Positions 1 to 12,208 of a stretch of DNA of 64,000 bases are shown here, in pieces (the stretch's first letter is position 1; each line of letters starts with the position of its first letter). Source of the stretch: Demequina lutea (GTDB taxonomy: Bacteria; Actinomycetota; Actinomycetes; Actinomycetales; Demequinaceae). The notes under the pieces are model-generated. The model was not told the DNA's origin. It saw only the letters and a program-made list of their open reading frames with translations, and ran no database searches. A program made the position numbers and the translations under genes. The DNA lies in assembly GCA_003246255.1 (NCBI GenBank), contig QKAX01000152.1, positions 19,099 to 83,098 on the forward strand, written 5' to 3'.

Positions 1-476
1 ACGTCGAAGCGGCTCACCGTCACTGGGCGTGCGGGAAGCTCCACGTCCTCGCCCGACCGCACGCGCGCGTACGAGCGCTTGCCGTCCACCTTGATGGCGC
101 TCACGGCGCTCGGGCGCTGCTGAATGTCCCCGGTGAGGTGGGCAATCGCCGCCGCGATCGCCGCGTCCGAGACGCCCGAGGCATCGGCCGACGCCGCCAC
201 CTCGCCCTCGGCATCGTCCGTGACGGTGGATTGGCCAAGGCGAATCGTCGCGTCGTAGGACTTGTCGTGGCCCGTCACGTACGTCAGCAGGCGCGTGGCC
301 TTGCCCACGCCGAGCACGAGCAGCCCGCTCGCCATCGGGTCGAGCGTGCCGGCGTGGCCCACCTTGCGCGTGCCCAAGAGACGCCGAGACCGGGCCACCA
401 CGTCGTGGGACGTCCAGCCTTGCGGCTTGTCCACGAGCAGGAGGCCCGGCGTCGGGTCATCGGCCTCACGGGCCAC
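1..476 (-). CDS. truB: tRNA pseudouridine(55) synthase TruB, N-terminal part (runs off the window edge)
   Basis: Reverse translation from GTG at 476 reads [27 protein letters not shown]...[24 protein letters not shown], the TruB catalytic-Asp region. It lies directly downstream of rbfA. It is absent from the ORF track because it is open at the window edge. Confidence 0.85.
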   Translation of the reverse strand, partial: MAREADDPTPGLLLVDKPQGWTSHDVVARSRRLLGTRKVGHAGTLDPMASGLLVLGVGKATRLLTYVTGHDKSYDATIRLGQSTVTDDAEGEVAASADASGVSDAAIAAAIAHLTGDIQQRPSAVSAIKVDGKRSYARVRSGEDVELPARPVTVSRFD

Positions 477-479
477 TGG

Positions 480-917
480 CTATGCCTCGTCGTCCTCGTC
501 GGCGGGGTGCTTGTACGGGTCGGCGTCGCCGGCGTACGTGGCTCCCTCGCGCAACTTGGCAAGTTCCTGATCACGCAGGTGCGCCTCGTGCAGCGCCTTG
601 TCGAGCGAGGCGGCCGTCTCCGGCACCGCGTCGAGGTGGAACTCGAGCGATGGAGTGAGGCGGATGCCCAACTCGGCGCCCACGAGGGACCGCACGCGGC
701 CCTTCGCGGAGGCGAGCGCCTTGGCGGTGTTCTCGCGGTCCTCGTCAGAGCCGAGCACCGTGTAGAACACCGATGCCTGCTGAAGGTCACCGGTGACGCG
801 CACATCGGTCACTGTGACGAACCCCAGGCGGGGATCCTTGATTTCGGTCTCCAGCGCGCGGGCCACGATCTTCTTGATCGTGCCCGCGAGCCGGAGCGCA
901 CGGGGGCTGTCTGCCAT
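480..917 (-). CDS. rbfA: ribosome-binding factor A
   Basis: The ORF 480..1004 contains [52 protein letters not shown], which is typical RbfA. The ATG at 917 overlaps the infB TAA by 1 nt (TAATG). Confidence 0.9.
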   Translation of the reverse strand: MADSPRALRLAGTIKKIVARALETEIKDPRLGFVTVTDVRVTGDLQQASVFYTVLGSDEDRENTAKALASAKGRVRSLVGAELGIRLTPSLEFHLDAVPETAASLDKALHEAHLRDQELAKLREGATYAGDADPYKHPADEDDEA

Positions 918-3682
918 TACGACCTCGGGATCTCGACCATCTCGAAGGTCTCGATGATGTCGCCCACCTGGATGTCGTTGAACTTGCCCAGGCCGATACC
1001 GCACTCGAAGCCATCGCGGACCTCGGTGACGTCATCCTTGAAGCGACGCAGCGTGTCGATGACGGGCTCGCCGATGACGACGCCCGCACGCACGACCTTG
1101 GCCTTCGCGTTGCGCTTGATGAGACCCTCGCGGACGATGCAACCGGCGATGTTGCCAAACTTGGACGAGCGGAAGATCTCCTGGATCTCCGCCGCGCCCA
1201 CCTGGCGCTCCTCGAACTCCGGCTTGAGCATGCCCTTGAGCGACGCCTCGACGTCCTCGATCGCGCGGTAGATGACCGAGTAGAAGCGCATGTCGACGCC
1301 CTCGCGGTCGGCCAGATCCTGGACACGCTCCGCGGGACGCACGTTGAAGCCGATGATGATCGCGTTGTCCACGGTCGCCAGGTTCACGTCGTTCTGCGTC
1401 ACGGCGCCCACACCACGGTGGATCACGCGCAGCTGCACCGAGTCGTCGATCTCGATCGCCAACAGCGCGTCTTCGAGCGCCTCAACGGCACCCGACACGT
1501 CACCCTTGATGATGAGGTTGAGGGTCTCGACCTTGCCGTCCTCGAGGGCCTTCGTGAAGTCCTCGAGCGAGATGCGCTTGCGGCGCTTGGCGAGCTGAGC
1601 GGCACGCTCGGCGGCCTCGCGCTTCTCGGCGATCTGACGGGCTGTGCGGTCGTCCTCGGCCACCAGGAAGGTGTCGCCTGCGCCGGGAACCGACGTCAGA
1701 CCGATCACCATCACGGGGCGTGCGGGCAGCGCCTCAGCAACGGGCTCGTCGTGCTCGTTGAACATCGCACGCACGCGGCCGTACGCCGTGCCAGCGACGA
1801 TCGCGTCGCCGACGCGCAGCGTTCCCGAGTTGACAAGCACCGTGGCCACGGGTCCACGACCCTTGTCCAGGTGAGCTTCCACCGCCACACCTCGCGCGTC
1901 CTTGTTGGGGTTCGCACGCAGGTCGAGACCGGCGTCGGCAGTCAGCAGCACGGCGTCGAGAAGGTCGTCGATGCCCTGACCCTTGAGCGCGGAGACGTTC
2001 ACGAACATCGTGTCGCCACCCCACTCCTCGTCCACCAGGTTGTACTCGGTGAGCTGCTGGCGGATCTTGTCGGGGTTCGCACCCTCCTTGTCGATCTTGT
2101 TGACCGCCACCACGATCGGCACATTGGCCGCCTGAGCGTGGTTGAGGGCCTCGATCGTCTGTGGCATGACGCCGTCATCCGCGGCGACCACGAGGATCGC
2201 CACGTCTGTCACCTGCGCACCACGGGCACGCATGGCGGTGAACGCCTCGTGACCAGGGGTGTCGATGAAGGTGATGGCGCGCTCGACGCCATCGTGGGTG
2301 CGACGCACCTGGTAGGCACCGATGTGCTGGGTGATGCCGCCGGCCTCGCCGGAGACGACGTCGGCCTTGCGGATCGAGTCGAGGAGTCGAGTCTTACCGT
2401 GGTCAACGTGACCCATGACCGTCACGACCGGAGGACGCGCCTCGAGGTCCTCGTCGGTCTCGGCAGCCAGCTCGGCCTCCAGGTCGAGGCCGAAGTCCTC
2501 GAGCAGCTCCTTGTCCTCCTCCTCGGGGGACACGATCTGGATCTTGTAGCCCAGCTCCACGCCGAGGGCCTGGAAGGTGTCCTCGTCGAGCGACTGGGTC
2601 GCGGTGGCCATCTCTCCCAGGTGGAAGAGCACTGTCACGAGCGACGCGGGGTTGACATCAATCCGCTCGGCGAAGTCGCTCAGCGTGGCGCCGCGACGCA
2701 AGCGGATGGGCGTGTTGCCGTCTCCACGAGGGATCTGCACGCCGCCGATGGCGGGAGCCTGCTGCTGCTCGTACTCCATCCGCTTTGCGCGCTTGGACTT
2801 ACGGCCGCGAGCCGGCTTTCCGCCCTGACGACCGAACGCACCGGCGGTGCCACCGCCGCGACCACGGCCACCAGCTGCCGGACGCGAACCGGGAGCCGCG
2901 GCACCGGGGCCGCCGCCGAAGCCGGGGCGAGCGCCACCGGGACCGCCCGCTGCGCCGCCGGGGCGGGGAGCGAACGAGCCGGGACGACCACCGGGGGCCG
3001 GACGGGCACCGCCGGGTGCGCCACCGGGACGCGGACCAGCACCGGGACCGCCGGGACGACCACCGGGGCCGGGACGGCCTCCAGCCGCACCGGGACCACC
3101 GGGACGCGCGGCCTGGAACGGGTTGTTGCCACCCGGACGCGGACGGGGGCGCGGGCCACCGTCACGCTGCTGGAACGGGTTGTTGCCACCCGGACGGGGG
3201 CGCGGTCGCGGCATGTCGGAGGGCAGCGGGGCCTTCGGACGCGCAGCATCGGCCGATGCCTCGGGCTTGGCTTCAGCCTGCGCGGCAGGCGCGGCGGGGC
3301 GGGGGCCGGGGGCCGGTGCCTTGCGCTCGGCAGGCGCCGCCTGAGCGGCGGCAGCGGCGGGCGCGGGGGCCGGGGTCGGCTCCGGCGTCGTCACGGGGGC
3401 AGCCTCAACGGCGGCCTCTGCGGGCGCGGGCTTGGGGGCAGGCTTGGGCGCGCCGGGCTTAGCGGCGGGCCTTGCTGCTGCGGGCTTGGGTGCGGTTGCG
3501 GCGGGCTTTGAAGCGCCTGCCGACGACGCGGGGAACGCCTCCTTTGCCTTGCGCACCACGGGTGCTTCAAGGGTGGAAGACGGACCCTTCACATACTCAC
3601 CGAGCTCGTTGAGCTTGGTGATGAGGTCCTTGCTGGAAACTCCAAGTTCCTTCGCGATCTCATGAACGCGGGGCTTTGCCAC
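917..3682 (-). CDS. infB: translation initiation factor IF-2
   Basis: GTPase motifs are present ([20 protein letters not shown]). The N-terminus [14 protein letters not shown] starts at GTG 3682, preceded by GGAGAA. There is a long Pro/Gly/Ala-rich linker. Confidence 0.95.
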   Translation of the reverse strand: MAKPRVHEIAKELGVSSKDLITKLNELGEYVKGPSSTLEAPVVRKAKEAFPASSAGASKPAATAPKPAAARPAAKPGAPKPAPKPAPAEAAVEAAPVTTPEPTPAPAPAAAAAQAAPAERKAPAPGPRPAAPAAQAEAKPEASADAARPKAPLPSDMPRPRPRPGGNNPFQQRDGGPRPRPRPGGNNPFQAARPGGPGAAGGRPGPGGRPGGPGAGPRPGGAPGGARPAPGGRPGSFAPRPGGAAGGPGGARPGFGGGPGAAAPGSRPAAGGRGRGGGTAGAFGRQGGKPARGRKSKRAKRMEYEQQQAPAIGGVQIPRGDGNTPIRLRRGATLSDFAERIDVNPASLVTVLFHLGEMATATQSLDEDTFQALGVELGYKIQIVSPEEEDKELLEDFGLDLEAELAAETDEDLEARPPVVTVMGHVDHGKTRLLDSIRKADVVSGEAGGITQHIGAYQVRRTHDGVERAITFIDTPGHEAFTAMRARGAQVTDVAILVVAADDGVMPQTIEALNHAQAANVPIVVAVNKIDKEGANPDKIRQQLTEYNLVDEEWGGDTMFVNVSALKGQGIDDLLDAVLLTADAGLDLRANPNKDARGVAVEAHLDKGRGPVATVLVNSGTLRVGDAIVAGTAYGRVRAMFNEHDEPVAEALPARPVMVIGLTSVPGAGDTFLVAEDDRTARQIAEKREAAERAAQLAKRRKRISLEDFTKALEDGKVETLNLIIKGDVSGAVEALEDALLAIEIDDSVQLRVIHRGVGAVTQNDVNLATVDNAIIIGFNVRPAERVQDLADREGVDMRFYSVIYRAIEDVEASLKGMLKPEFEERQVGAAEIQEIFRSSKFGNIAGCIVREGLIKRNAKAKVVRAGVVIGEPVIDTLRRFKDDVTEVRDGFECGIGLGKFNDIQVGDIIETFEMVEIPRS
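3113..3196 (-). repeat. exact 27-nt in-frame direct repeat inside the infB linker region (copies at 3113-3139 and 3170-3196)
   Basis: ctggaacgggttgttgccacccggacg occurs twice, 57 nt apart. It encodes the duplicated peptide RPGGNNPFQ in the disordered IF-2 N-terminal region. Confidence 0.8.
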
Positions 3683-3690
3683 AATTCTCC

Positions 3691-3711
3691 TGTCTTGGTC
3701 CGACCAAGACA
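3691..3711 (-). promoter_or_regulatory. perfect 10+1+10 palindrome (RNA hairpin) abutting the infB Shine-Dalgarno
   Basis: TGTCTTGGTC-C-GACCAAGACA at 3691-3711. The SD complement (ttctcc) is at 3685-3690 and the GTG is at 3682. No U-tract follows, so it is not a classical terminator. Confidence 0.4.
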
Positions 3712-3807
3712 GGGTCGAACCATCGTTACTGCGGGGCACTCATTTCGAGGTACTCATCGGATTGCCATGGGCTTTCATCCCGTCCGGTCGATGGTGGGGT
3801 GCGGTCC

Positions 3808-4083
3808 TCACGAGGAGCTAAACGCCGGGTGCTCGGCCAGGGCCGACGCATCCGCCTCGGGCGCACGTAGGGCGCGTCCGATTGCGCGACGCTTCATCGC
3901 TAGCGAGAGGCATCGCCCGTCAGGGTGGAGCCATGCTCCCCTTCCGGGCGACGTTGCTGCTTGATCGACCGCGGCGCGGCCGTCGAGTAGCACCACTCGC
4001 ACGAGAACCGACCGAGCGCCCTTGCCTCGGCAACCGACGCACGTCCGCTCTTGCACATGGCTCGGGGGGCGCGCATCAGCCAC
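3808..4083 (-). CDS. ylxR: YlxR/DUF448 family RNA-binding protein
   Basis: ERTCVGCRGKGARSVLVRVV motif. It sits in the conserved position between nusA and infB. The start may instead be the internal GTG at 4056. Confidence 0.8.
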   Translation of the reverse strand: MADARPPSHVQERTCVGCRGKGARSVLVRVVLLDGRAAVDQAATSPGRGAWLHPDGRCLSLAMKRRAIGRALRAPEADASALAEHPAFSSS

Positions 4084-4127
4084 GTTGGTGGCGTTCGGCT
4101 CGTCCAGTCTACCGCTCCCTCGTCAAT

Positions 4128-5111
4128 TCAGGCACCCGGCGTGTCGCCGGCCTCGTCGGAGCGGATGTCGATGCGCCATCCAGTGAGTCGCGCGGCGAGG
4201 CGGGCGTTCTGGCCCTCCTTGCCAATCGCGAGCGAAAGGTGAAAGTCGGGAACGACCACGCGCGCCGCGCGGGCCTCGGCATCCACGACCTCGACGGACA
4301 CAACGCGCGAGGGCGACAGGGCGTTGCCCACGAACGTGGCGGGATCCTCGTCCCAGTCCACGATGTCAATCTTCTCGCCGCGCAGTTCGCTCATCACGGC
4401 ACGCACGCGGGCACCCATGGGGCCGATGCACGCGCCCTTGGCGTTCACGCCGGGAACCGTCGCGCGCACTGCCATCTTGGAGCGGTGGCCGGCCTCACGG
4501 GCGAGGCTCATGATTTCGACGGTGCCGTCGGCGATCTCGGGCACCTCCATCTCGAACAGGCGGCGCACCAGGCCGGGGTGCGTGCGCGACAGCGTGATGG
4601 CGGGGCCCTTCTGGCCACGCGCCACCGTCACGACGTAGCCGCGGATGCGCTGGCCGTGCTCGTACGTCTCGGTGGGCACCTGCTCGTGACCGGGCAGCAA
4701 CGCCTCGATGTCGCCGATATCCACGTGCACGTTCTTGGGGTCCGCGCTCTGCTGGATGATGCCGGAGACCAGCTGACCCTCCTTGTCGGCGTACTGGCCG
4801 AGCACTGCATCGTCGCCCGCCTGGCGCAAGCGCTGCACGATCACCTGGCGGGCCGTCGCGGTGGCGATGCGGCCAAAGTCGTCGGGGGTGTGCTCAAACT
4901 CGGGGCCGAGCTCGCCCTCTTCCAGCTCCTCGCGCGCGCGGATGGTCACCTTGCCGGAGTCGCGGTCAACGATCGCGCGGGCGTGCGCGTAGGCGCCGGG
5001 AGTCTTGTGATACGCGCTCAGAAGCGCCTGCTCGATCGCATCGACAAGCACGTCGAGCCGCAGGTCGCGCTCCTTTTCAAGGCCCTTCAGGGCGATCATG
5101 TCGATGTCCAC
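4128..5111 (-). CDS. nusA: transcription termination/antitermination factor NusA
   Basis: [37 protein letters not shown] matches actinobacterial NusA N-termini. S1 and KH regions follow. GTG 5111 lies immediately after the rimP stop (5114-5116). Confidence 0.93.
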   Translation of the reverse strand: MDIDMIALKGLEKERDLRLDVLVDAIEQALLSAYHKTPGAYAHARAIVDRDSGKVTIRAREELEEGELGPEFEHTPDDFGRIATATARQVIVQRLRQAGDDAVLGQYADKEGQLVSGIIQQSADPKNVHVDIGDIEALLPGHEQVPTETYEHGQRIRGYVVTVARGQKGPAITLSRTHPGLVRRLFEMEVPEIADGTVEIMSLAREAGHRSKMAVRATVPGVNAKGACIGPMGARVRAVMSELRGEKIDIVDWDEDPATFVGNALSPSRVVSVEVVDAEARAARVVVPDFHLSLAIGKEGQNARLAARLTGWRIDIRSDEAGDTPGA

Positions 5112-5113
5112 GG

Positions 5114-5581
5114 CTACTCCTTGTTCCACTCCAGGACGATCGTGCCGCGCACGATGTCGTCCCAGCCCAGCATCGTCTTCTCCCCCTCGGTGGCGCCCTC
5201 GAGCGTCACGCCCTCGTCGCCCACGGCAAGCACGCGGCCCTCGACCGGGCCGCCCTGCTTGAGCGTCACCGACACCCTGCGCGTGCGTGCGCGGGCAAAG
5301 TGCCTGCGCTCGGTGAGGGGGCGGTCGGTGCCGGGGGTCGAGACCTCCAGCACATACGCGCCGGCGGGCACGTTCGCCTCGTCCAGCGCGGCGCCGATGG
5401 CACGCGACGCCTCGGCAATCGCGTCAAGATCGGCGGAGCCCTCGGCGTCCTCAGGCAAGTCAACGGTGATGAGCACTCGCGAGCGCTTGCCAGCGGCGCT
5501 GACCTTGACCTCGTCGATGATCAGGCCCGCAGCTTGCGCGCCAGGTGCCGCCAGGTCGGCGATCCGGTCGTTCACGTCCAT
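5114..5581 (-). CDS. rimP: ribosome maturation factor RimP
   Basis: [21 protein letters not shown] motif. The ATG at 5581 is preceded by GGGGAGG with 6-nt spacing. The track ORF extends to a GTG at 5632. Confidence 0.85.
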   Translation of the reverse strand: MDVNDRIADLAAPGAQAAGLIIDEVKVSAAGKRSRVLITVDLPEDAEGSADLDAIAEASRAIGAALDEANVPAGAYVLEVSTPGTDRPLTERRHFARARTRRVSVTLKQGGPVEGRVLAVGDEGVTLEGATEGEKTMLGWDDIVRGTIVLEWNKE

Positions 5582-5674
5582 CCGTAGCCTCCCCGCGCGC
5601 TCTGCGCGTTCCGTTTCTTCACTTGCCAGCACCGATTCTAGTGACCGCTACCGGGCCGTGCGAGACTAGCGCAC

Positions 5675-6682
5675 ATGACGCACCGCTCGGCACACAGGGG
5701 GCTCACGGGGTGGGCAGCGGTGGCCGTCGCGGCCCTCGCGCTCACGGCGTGCGGGGTGCGCTGGGAGACGGCGCCGCTCGCGCAGCCAACGCCTGACGCG
5801 CAGACGCTCGCTCGCGACACCCTTGCCGTGGCCGAGCAGGTCGTCGCGGAGGCAGTTGCCGCGGACCCATCGAGCGCGGGCTCCGCTGCGCTCAGGCTCG
5901 CACAGGCTCACCTCGACGTCCTCGGACCCGTCTACGTCGCCTACCCGTCGGCCGAGCCCTCCCCCGCCCCGGTGCCCGCGCCGCCCCCAGTTGACGTGGC
6001 CATCGCCGCCGCTCGCGTGACGGCAGGCGAGGTCGCATCGGACCCCTCGCTCGGCGAGATCGCGCGCATCGCCGTGGCCCTGGACCTGAGCTGGGCGCTC
6101 GAGCAGACGCTCGCCGCGGCTGTGGACGCCGGCACGATGCGTTCGGCCCCGGAGGGCGATCAGCCACTGCCGCTGCCCGATGGCTCACCGAGCAGTGCAG
6201 GCTTCTCGCCGGGCGCTGACACGGCCCTCTCGCAGGCCGAGATCGCGACGCTCGCCGCGGCTCACGATCAGGCGCGGTTCGTCTACGAGACTGTCGCCGC
6301 ATGGGAACAGGGTGACGAGCGCTCCACAGCGATGCTGCTGGCCTCCGCGCATCAGCGGCGCTCTGATGCTCTTGCCACGACACTCGCGGAGGATCCACGG
6401 ACGCCGCTCTACCAGCTGAGCGCTACCGATCTTGGCGACGCCACTGCACGCGAGCGACTCGCTGTGAGCGTCGAGGTCGACCTGGGCGCGCGCTATGCAG
6501 CCCTGGGGGTCCAGGCCGCCGCGCCTGATCGAGCGTGGCTCATGAACTGCGCGTACGACTCGTATGCGCGCGCCATGGCGTTGCCCGGATTCAACGCAGG
6601 CGACCTGCCTGCACTGCCGGGGCTTGAGGTGACGGCGTCCATCAACGCGGCCACGCCGTCGGCGTCAGGCGACGAGGGCTAA
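5675..6682 (+). CDS. Ala-rich lipoprotein of unknown function (possibly DUF4439/ferritin-like)
   Basis: Signal peptide with lipobox LTAC (MTHRSAHRGLTGWAAVAVAALALTAC). It is divergent from rimP, as in other actinobacteria. Its stop overlaps the convergent GDPD stop. Confidence 0.6.
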   Translation: MTHRSAHRGLTGWAAVAVAALALTACGVRWETAPLAQPTPDAQTLARDTLAVAEQVVAEAVAADPSSAGSAALRLAQAHLDVLGPVYVAYPSAEPSPAPVPAPPPVDVAIAAARVTAGEVASDPSLGEIARIAVALDLSWALEQTLAAAVDAGTMRSAPEGDQPLPLPDGSPSSAGFSPGADTALSQAEIATLAAAHDQARFVYETVAAWEQGDERSTAMLLASAHQRRSDALATTLAEDPRTPLYQLSATDLGDATARERLAVSVEVDLGARYAALGVQAAAPDRAWLMNCAYDSYARAMALPGFNAGDLPALPGLEVTASINAATPSASGDEG

Positions 6683-7404
6683 TCGCCCAGCACCGCGTCC
6701 CTAGTCTCCACCGCGTCTCCGGGGAGATCGGTGATGATGCCGTCAATCCCCGCCTCGATGAAGCGAATCCACAGGTCCATCTCGTTGACAGTCCAGGGCC
6801 TCACAGCAATCCCCGCGTCCAGCAGGCCCTCGATCGCACCGGGAATGAGCAGGTTGGGGTAGAACGGATGCACCTCATCAAAGCCCGCGCCCTTGAGGTA
6901 ACGCCACGGGTCCACGAGGCCGTCTCCGTACAGTGCCGCGACGCGCGCCTCGGGGTCGCGCTGGCGCAGATTGCGCAGCGTGTAGTGGTTGAAGGACGAG
7001 AACACCACCCGATCGGCCATCCCGGAGGCGTCGCGGGTCGCAATCAACGCGTCCTCAATGCCCTCGTAGTAGGCGTCCGCGCTCTTCGCCTCGACGTTGA
7101 GCTCGACCCCCGTGGGCGCGAGCAGGTCGTAGACCTCCTCGAGCGTGGGGACACCGTGGAAGCCCCACACGCCGCCCACGTCCACGTGGCGCAGGTCCTC
7201 GAGAGTGAGTCCACCGATGCGCGCCACCTCGCCCTCGGGCAACACCACCTCGGCATCGTGCCGCACCACGAGGTGGCCGTCTGAGGTGAGATGCACGTCG
7301 AGTTCAATGCCGTCCGCCCCTTCTTCGACCGAGAGGTCAAAGGCGGCCAGGGTGTTCTCGGGCGCTCGAGTGCGCGAGCCGCGGTGAGCCCAGATTTTTG
7401 TCAC
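6679..7404 (-). CDS. glycerophosphodiester phosphodiesterase
   Basis: WAHRGSRTRAPENTLAAF...GADGIELDVHLTSDGHLVVRHD is the GDPD catalytic signature. Confidence 0.88.
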   Translation of the reverse strand: MTKIWAHRGSRTRAPENTLAAFDLSVEEGADGIELDVHLTSDGHLVVRHDAEVVLPEGEVARIGGLTLEDLRHVDVGGVWGFHGVPTLEEVYDLLAPTGVELNVEAKSADAYYEGIEDALIATRDASGMADRVVFSSFNHYTLRNLRQRDPEARVAALYGDGLVDPWRYLKGAGFDEVHPFYPNLLIPGAIEGLLDAGIAVRPWTVNEMDLWIRFIEAGIDGIITDLPGDAVETRDAVLGD

Positions 7405-7453
7405 GAACCGACGCTATCGCTCTCTGGTTGCCGTCAGATGTCCGACGCTCGGG

Positions 7454-9256
7454 TTAGGCAGGCAGCGCGGCGCGGACGGCCGCGACGGTCCGGGCCACGA
7501 CGTCGGCCACGGGAAGCTCGAGCGCGGCGCCGGTGGCCCGCGTCTTGAGCTCCGCGGTGCCCGTCTCGAGGCCGCGACCCACCACCAGGATGTACGGGGC
7601 ACCGAGCAGCTCGGCGTCCTTGAACTTCACTCCAGGTGAGACCTTGGGGCGGTCGTCGTACAGGACTTCGATGCCCTGAGCCTCGAGCTCCTTGGCAAAG
7701 CGCTCGGCCGCCTCGAACACCGAGTCATCCTTGCCGGTTGCCACCACGTGTACGTGGAAGGGCGCCACCTGAATCGGCCAGCGCAGGCCCAGCTCGTCGT
7801 GGTTGTTCTCAGCCAGCAGCGCCACGGCGCGGGTGACGCCGATGCCGTACGAGCCCATCGTCACCACCTGCTGCTTGCCGTTGACGTCAAGCACCTTGAG
7901 GTCGAGCGCCGCCGCGTACTTGCGTCCCAGCTGGAAGATGTGGCCGATCTCGACTCCGCGCGCAAGCTCAAGCGGGCCCGAGCCGTCTGGGGCCTCGTCT
8001 CCCGCCCTGACCTCTGCACCCTCGATCACGCCGTCGCCCTCGAAGTCGCGACCAGCCGTGAGCTCGAACACGTGACGCCCTGGCTCATTTGCACCGGTGA
8101 TCCAGCGCGTGCCAGGCACCACGCGGGGGTCAAGCAAGTACGGGATGGCCGTGTCGCCCTCGTCGCCGCGCGCGATGCCCTCGGGGCGCGCCTGCGGGCC
8201 GAGCACGCCGGGGCCGATGTACCCCTTCACGAGCTGGGGATACGGCTTGAAGTCATCCTCGGTGGCGGGCTCGACTGTCAGGGGAGACAAGGCCGCCTCG
8301 AGGCGCGTCATGTCCGCCTCGCGGTTGCCGGGAAGTCCCACCACGAGCAGGCTGCGGTCGCCCTCGGGCGTGGTCACGGCGAGGACCACATTCTTGAGCG
8401 TGTCGGCTGCGGTCCACTCGCGGTCTGCGCGCGGGTGAGCCGAGTTGGCGACGTCGACGAGCGAGGCGATCGTGGGCGTGTTGGGGGTGTCCTCCACGTG
8501 GGCCGCCGGGGCATCGGACCAGTCGATGGCGGCGGGGACCGGAGTGGTCACAGCCTCAACGTTTGCCGCGTATCCCCCAGGCGAGCGCACAAAGGTGTCC
8601 TCTCCCACCTCGGTGGGCGACAGGAACTCCTCGGACTTGGACCCACCCATCGCGCCGGACTGCGCCTGCACGATCACGTACTCGAGTCCCAGGCGGCTGA
8701 AGATCTTGACGTAGGCCTGCCGCTGGTTCTGGTACGACGCCTCGAGGCCCTCGTCTGTCACGTCGAACGAATACGAGTCCTTCATGATGAACTCGCGGCC
8801 GCGCAACAGTCCCGCGCGGGGGCGCGCCTCGTCGCGGTACTTGGTCTGGATTTGGTAGATCGTGAGGGGCAGGTCCTTGTACGACGAGTACAGGTCCTTC
8901 ACCAGCAGCGTGAACATCTCCTCGTGCGTAGGCGCAAGCAGGTAGTCCGCGCCCTTGCGGTCCGCGAGGCGGAACAGGTTGGGGCCGTACTCGGTCCAGC
9001 GGTTGGTCGCCTCGTAGGGCTCGCGCGGCAGCAGGGCCGGGAAGTGCACCTCCTGGCCACCCGCGGCGTCCATCTCCTCGCGCACGATGTTCTCAACCTT
9101 GGCGAGCACCTTGAGGCCCAGCGGGAGCCACGTGTAGATGCCGGGCGCGGCGCGGCGGATGTAGCCGGCGCGAACCAGGAGCTTGTGCGAGGCGACCTCG
9201 GCGTCGGCCGGGTCCTCGCGGAGCGTGCGGAGAAAGAGAGTGGACATGCGAAGCAT
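7454..9256 (-). CDS. proS: proline--tRNA ligase (bacterial type with editing insertion)
   Basis: [35 protein letters not shown] is a conserved ProRS N-terminus. Length is 600 aa. Confidence 0.95.
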   Translation of the reverse strand: MLRMSTLFLRTLREDPADAEVASHKLLVRAGYIRRAAPGIYTWLPLGLKVLAKVENIVREEMDAAGGQEVHFPALLPREPYEATNRWTEYGPNLFRLADRKGADYLLAPTHEEMFTLLVKDLYSSYKDLPLTIYQIQTKYRDEARPRAGLLRGREFIMKDSYSFDVTDEGLEASYQNQRQAYVKIFSRLGLEYVIVQAQSGAMGGSKSEEFLSPTEVGEDTFVRSPGGYAANVEAVTTPVPAAIDWSDAPAAHVEDTPNTPTIASLVDVANSAHPRADREWTAADTLKNVVLAVTTPEGDRSLLVVGLPGNREADMTRLEAALSPLTVEPATEDDFKPYPQLVKGYIGPGVLGPQARPEGIARGDEGDTAIPYLLDPRVVPGTRWITGANEPGRHVFELTAGRDFEGDGVIEGAEVRAGDEAPDGSGPLELARGVEIGHIFQLGRKYAAALDLKVLDVNGKQQVVTMGSYGIGVTRAVALLAENNHDELGLRWPIQVAPFHVHVVATGKDDSVFEAAERFAKELEAQGIEVLYDDRPKVSPGVKFKDAELLGAPYILVVGRGLETGTAELKTRATGAALELPVADVVARTVAAVRAALPA

Positions 9257-9300
9257 GTGCCCATGCTAGCCGTGCGCGGGGGGGACGAACGTGTGTCCGC

Positions 9301-10077
9301 CTACCCGTAATCTGGCGAGTCCTCGACGCCCATGAACTCCTGCAGCGTGGCGTGCCCCGACGCTCGCATCGCGGACGCGACGTCCGCCCCCACGTAGCGC
9401 AGATGCCACGGCTCCCAGCGATAACCGGTGACCGCCTGCCCTCCCTGCGGGTAGCTCTCCACGAAGCCGTACTCGTCCGCATGCTCAGCCACCCACACGC
9501 CCGCAGCCGTGCTAGCAAACACGGCGCTGCCGCGGTCCTCCTCGGTCACGTGCAGGTCCACGGTGAGGCCCGTCTGGTGCTCGGAGTACCCCGGTCTCGC
9601 CGAGATCGTGTCCGCATAGGCACGCCCATACTGCGCGACGTACTGCCCGTACTGCGCGCGCTGGTCGGCGTACGAGCGATACCCGCTCGACACGCGAAAG
9701 CCAGCGCCTGCGGCGCTCGCGTCGGCCGCCATGCGCACCAGCGCGTCGGCTGCGTCCGAGCGCAGGTACAGGCCGTCCCCGCCGGGGACTCCCGCGAGCG
9801 ACACGAGGGTCTCGGGGACGTAGTCCAACGGTTCGAGCGGCCTGCGCTTGGTGACCACCACGGTGACTGACGACGCGGTGGTCACGTCGTATCCCGCGTC
9901 CACCGTGGGCACGTGGTCAGTGGCCTGCGCGCCAGCGGGAGCGCTGACCGGCGGCTGCCGATCCGGGGCGGGGGCGCTACTGGGAGCCGGCCCTGCTGGG
10001 GCGCCTTGGCACCCGCTCGCCCCCAGGGCGAAGAGCGCCGCGAGGGCGAAGCCACGCGGATTCACACGGCGTCGCAT
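9301..10077 (-). CDS. M15 family (VanY-like) D-Ala-D-Ala carboxypeptidase, lipoprotein
   Basis: SGYRSYADQ, SEHQTGLTVDL and EPWHLRYVG motifs. The start at ATG 10077 gives MRRRVNPRGFALAALFALGASGC (lipobox). The upstream part of the track ORF is Arg-rich off-frame-like sequence. Confidence 0.85.
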   Translation of the reverse strand: MRRRVNPRGFALAALFALGASGCQGAPAGPAPSSAPAPDRQPPVSAPAGAQATDHVPTVDAGYDVTTASSVTVVVTKRRPLEPLDYVPETLVSLAGVPGGDGLYLRSDAADALVRMAADASAAGAGFRVSSGYRSYADQRAQYGQYVAQYGRAYADTISARPGYSEHQTGLTVDLHVTEEDRGSAVFASTAAGVWVAEHADEYGFVESYPQGGQAVTGYRWEPWHLRYVGADVASAMRASGHATLQEFMGVEDSPDYG

Positions 10078-10127
10078 GACCACCAGACTACGAGGGGGCG
10101 GACCGAGCGCGCCGAGCCACGCCCGAG

Positions 10128-11032
10128 TCAGAACATGACGGTGGAGAACTCGCCGACGCGCGCAAAGCCCACCTTGTCGTAGGTGCGCAGGGCTGCCTCG
10201 TTGAAGTCGTTGACGTACAGCGACACCGTGGCAGCGTGGTCCCTCCTTACCTGGCGTACTACCTCGCGCATGCCCGCCGTGCCCACTCCCCGCCCGCGCA
10301 CCTCCGGGTGAGCCCACACTCCCTGCACCTGCGCGACGTCGAGCCCCACCACGCCTACCTCGGCCTTGAACACGATCTCCCGGGTGCCGCCGACCTCGCC
10401 GTACTGCACATAGCTGCGCCCCTGGCGCACCAGCTGGGTCAGCCTGTCCTCGTATGCCTCGCGCCCATGGCGCAAGGGGTCGTATCCCACCTCACCGATG
10501 AACATGTGGACGGCCGCCGGCAGCAGCGCTGCATAGTCAGCCAGCGAGGCGCGTCGCAGCGGCTCCACTCGCACCGTCGGCTCGCCTCCTGGGCGCGGGT
10601 CGCCGCTGATGGCCATGGACACCTGGCGGCCCCGCACCTGTCGCGCCGGGCCCCACGTCTGTTCGAGCCTGCCCCACAGGTCGAGGGTCAGATCGCTCGG
10701 GCCGACGATGGCCGCGGGTCGCGCAAAGCGCACAAGGATCGCTGCGGCGAGCTCCGCGCGGAGGTCGTCGTCCTCGTCGGGATCGATCGCCACGATGGGC
10801 GTGAGGTTTGCTCCCGCCCACACCACGGCGACGAGCTCGCGGTGGCCGCGGTTACGCCGTCGCATGCACCACAGCCCCGTGGGTACGATGCCTGACTTCG
10901 CGGCGATCTCGAGGTGCATCGCTGGCACCACGCTTGCCACGGCGTCGGTCGCGCACAGACGGAGCGCCTCGGCGAGGTCGCGCCGCTGCACGGGATCCAG
11001 CGAGAACTGGCCCCTGCGCAGCAGCGAATCCG

Positions 11033-11036
<4 letters not shown>
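10128..11036 (-). CDS. GNAT family N-acetyltransferase (two-domain, DUF4081-like N-terminus)
   Basis: C-terminal [20 protein letters not shown] acetyl-CoA motif. ATGA overlap with the ispG stop. Same position as the GNAT gene next to gcpE in mycobacteria. Confidence 0.8.
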
Positions 11037-12184
<1,148 letters not shown>

Positions 12185-12208
12185 AAGTACTCCTTACAGT
12201 TCAGCCGC

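Noticed and set aside
2840-3460. Highly repetitive GC-rich DNA that could be mistaken for a tandem-repeat or CRISPR-like element
   Set aside because: It is the in-frame Pro/Gly/Ala-rich linker of IF-2. There is no repeat-spacer periodicity, and the only exact repeat is one 27-nt duplication.
138-5669. Plus-strand ORFs 138..1271, 1418..3511 and 3882..5669 (377-697 aa)
   Set aside because: They are antisense to truB/rbfA/infB/nusA/rimP. Their products are low-complexity, Arg-rich translations. They are not supported as genes.
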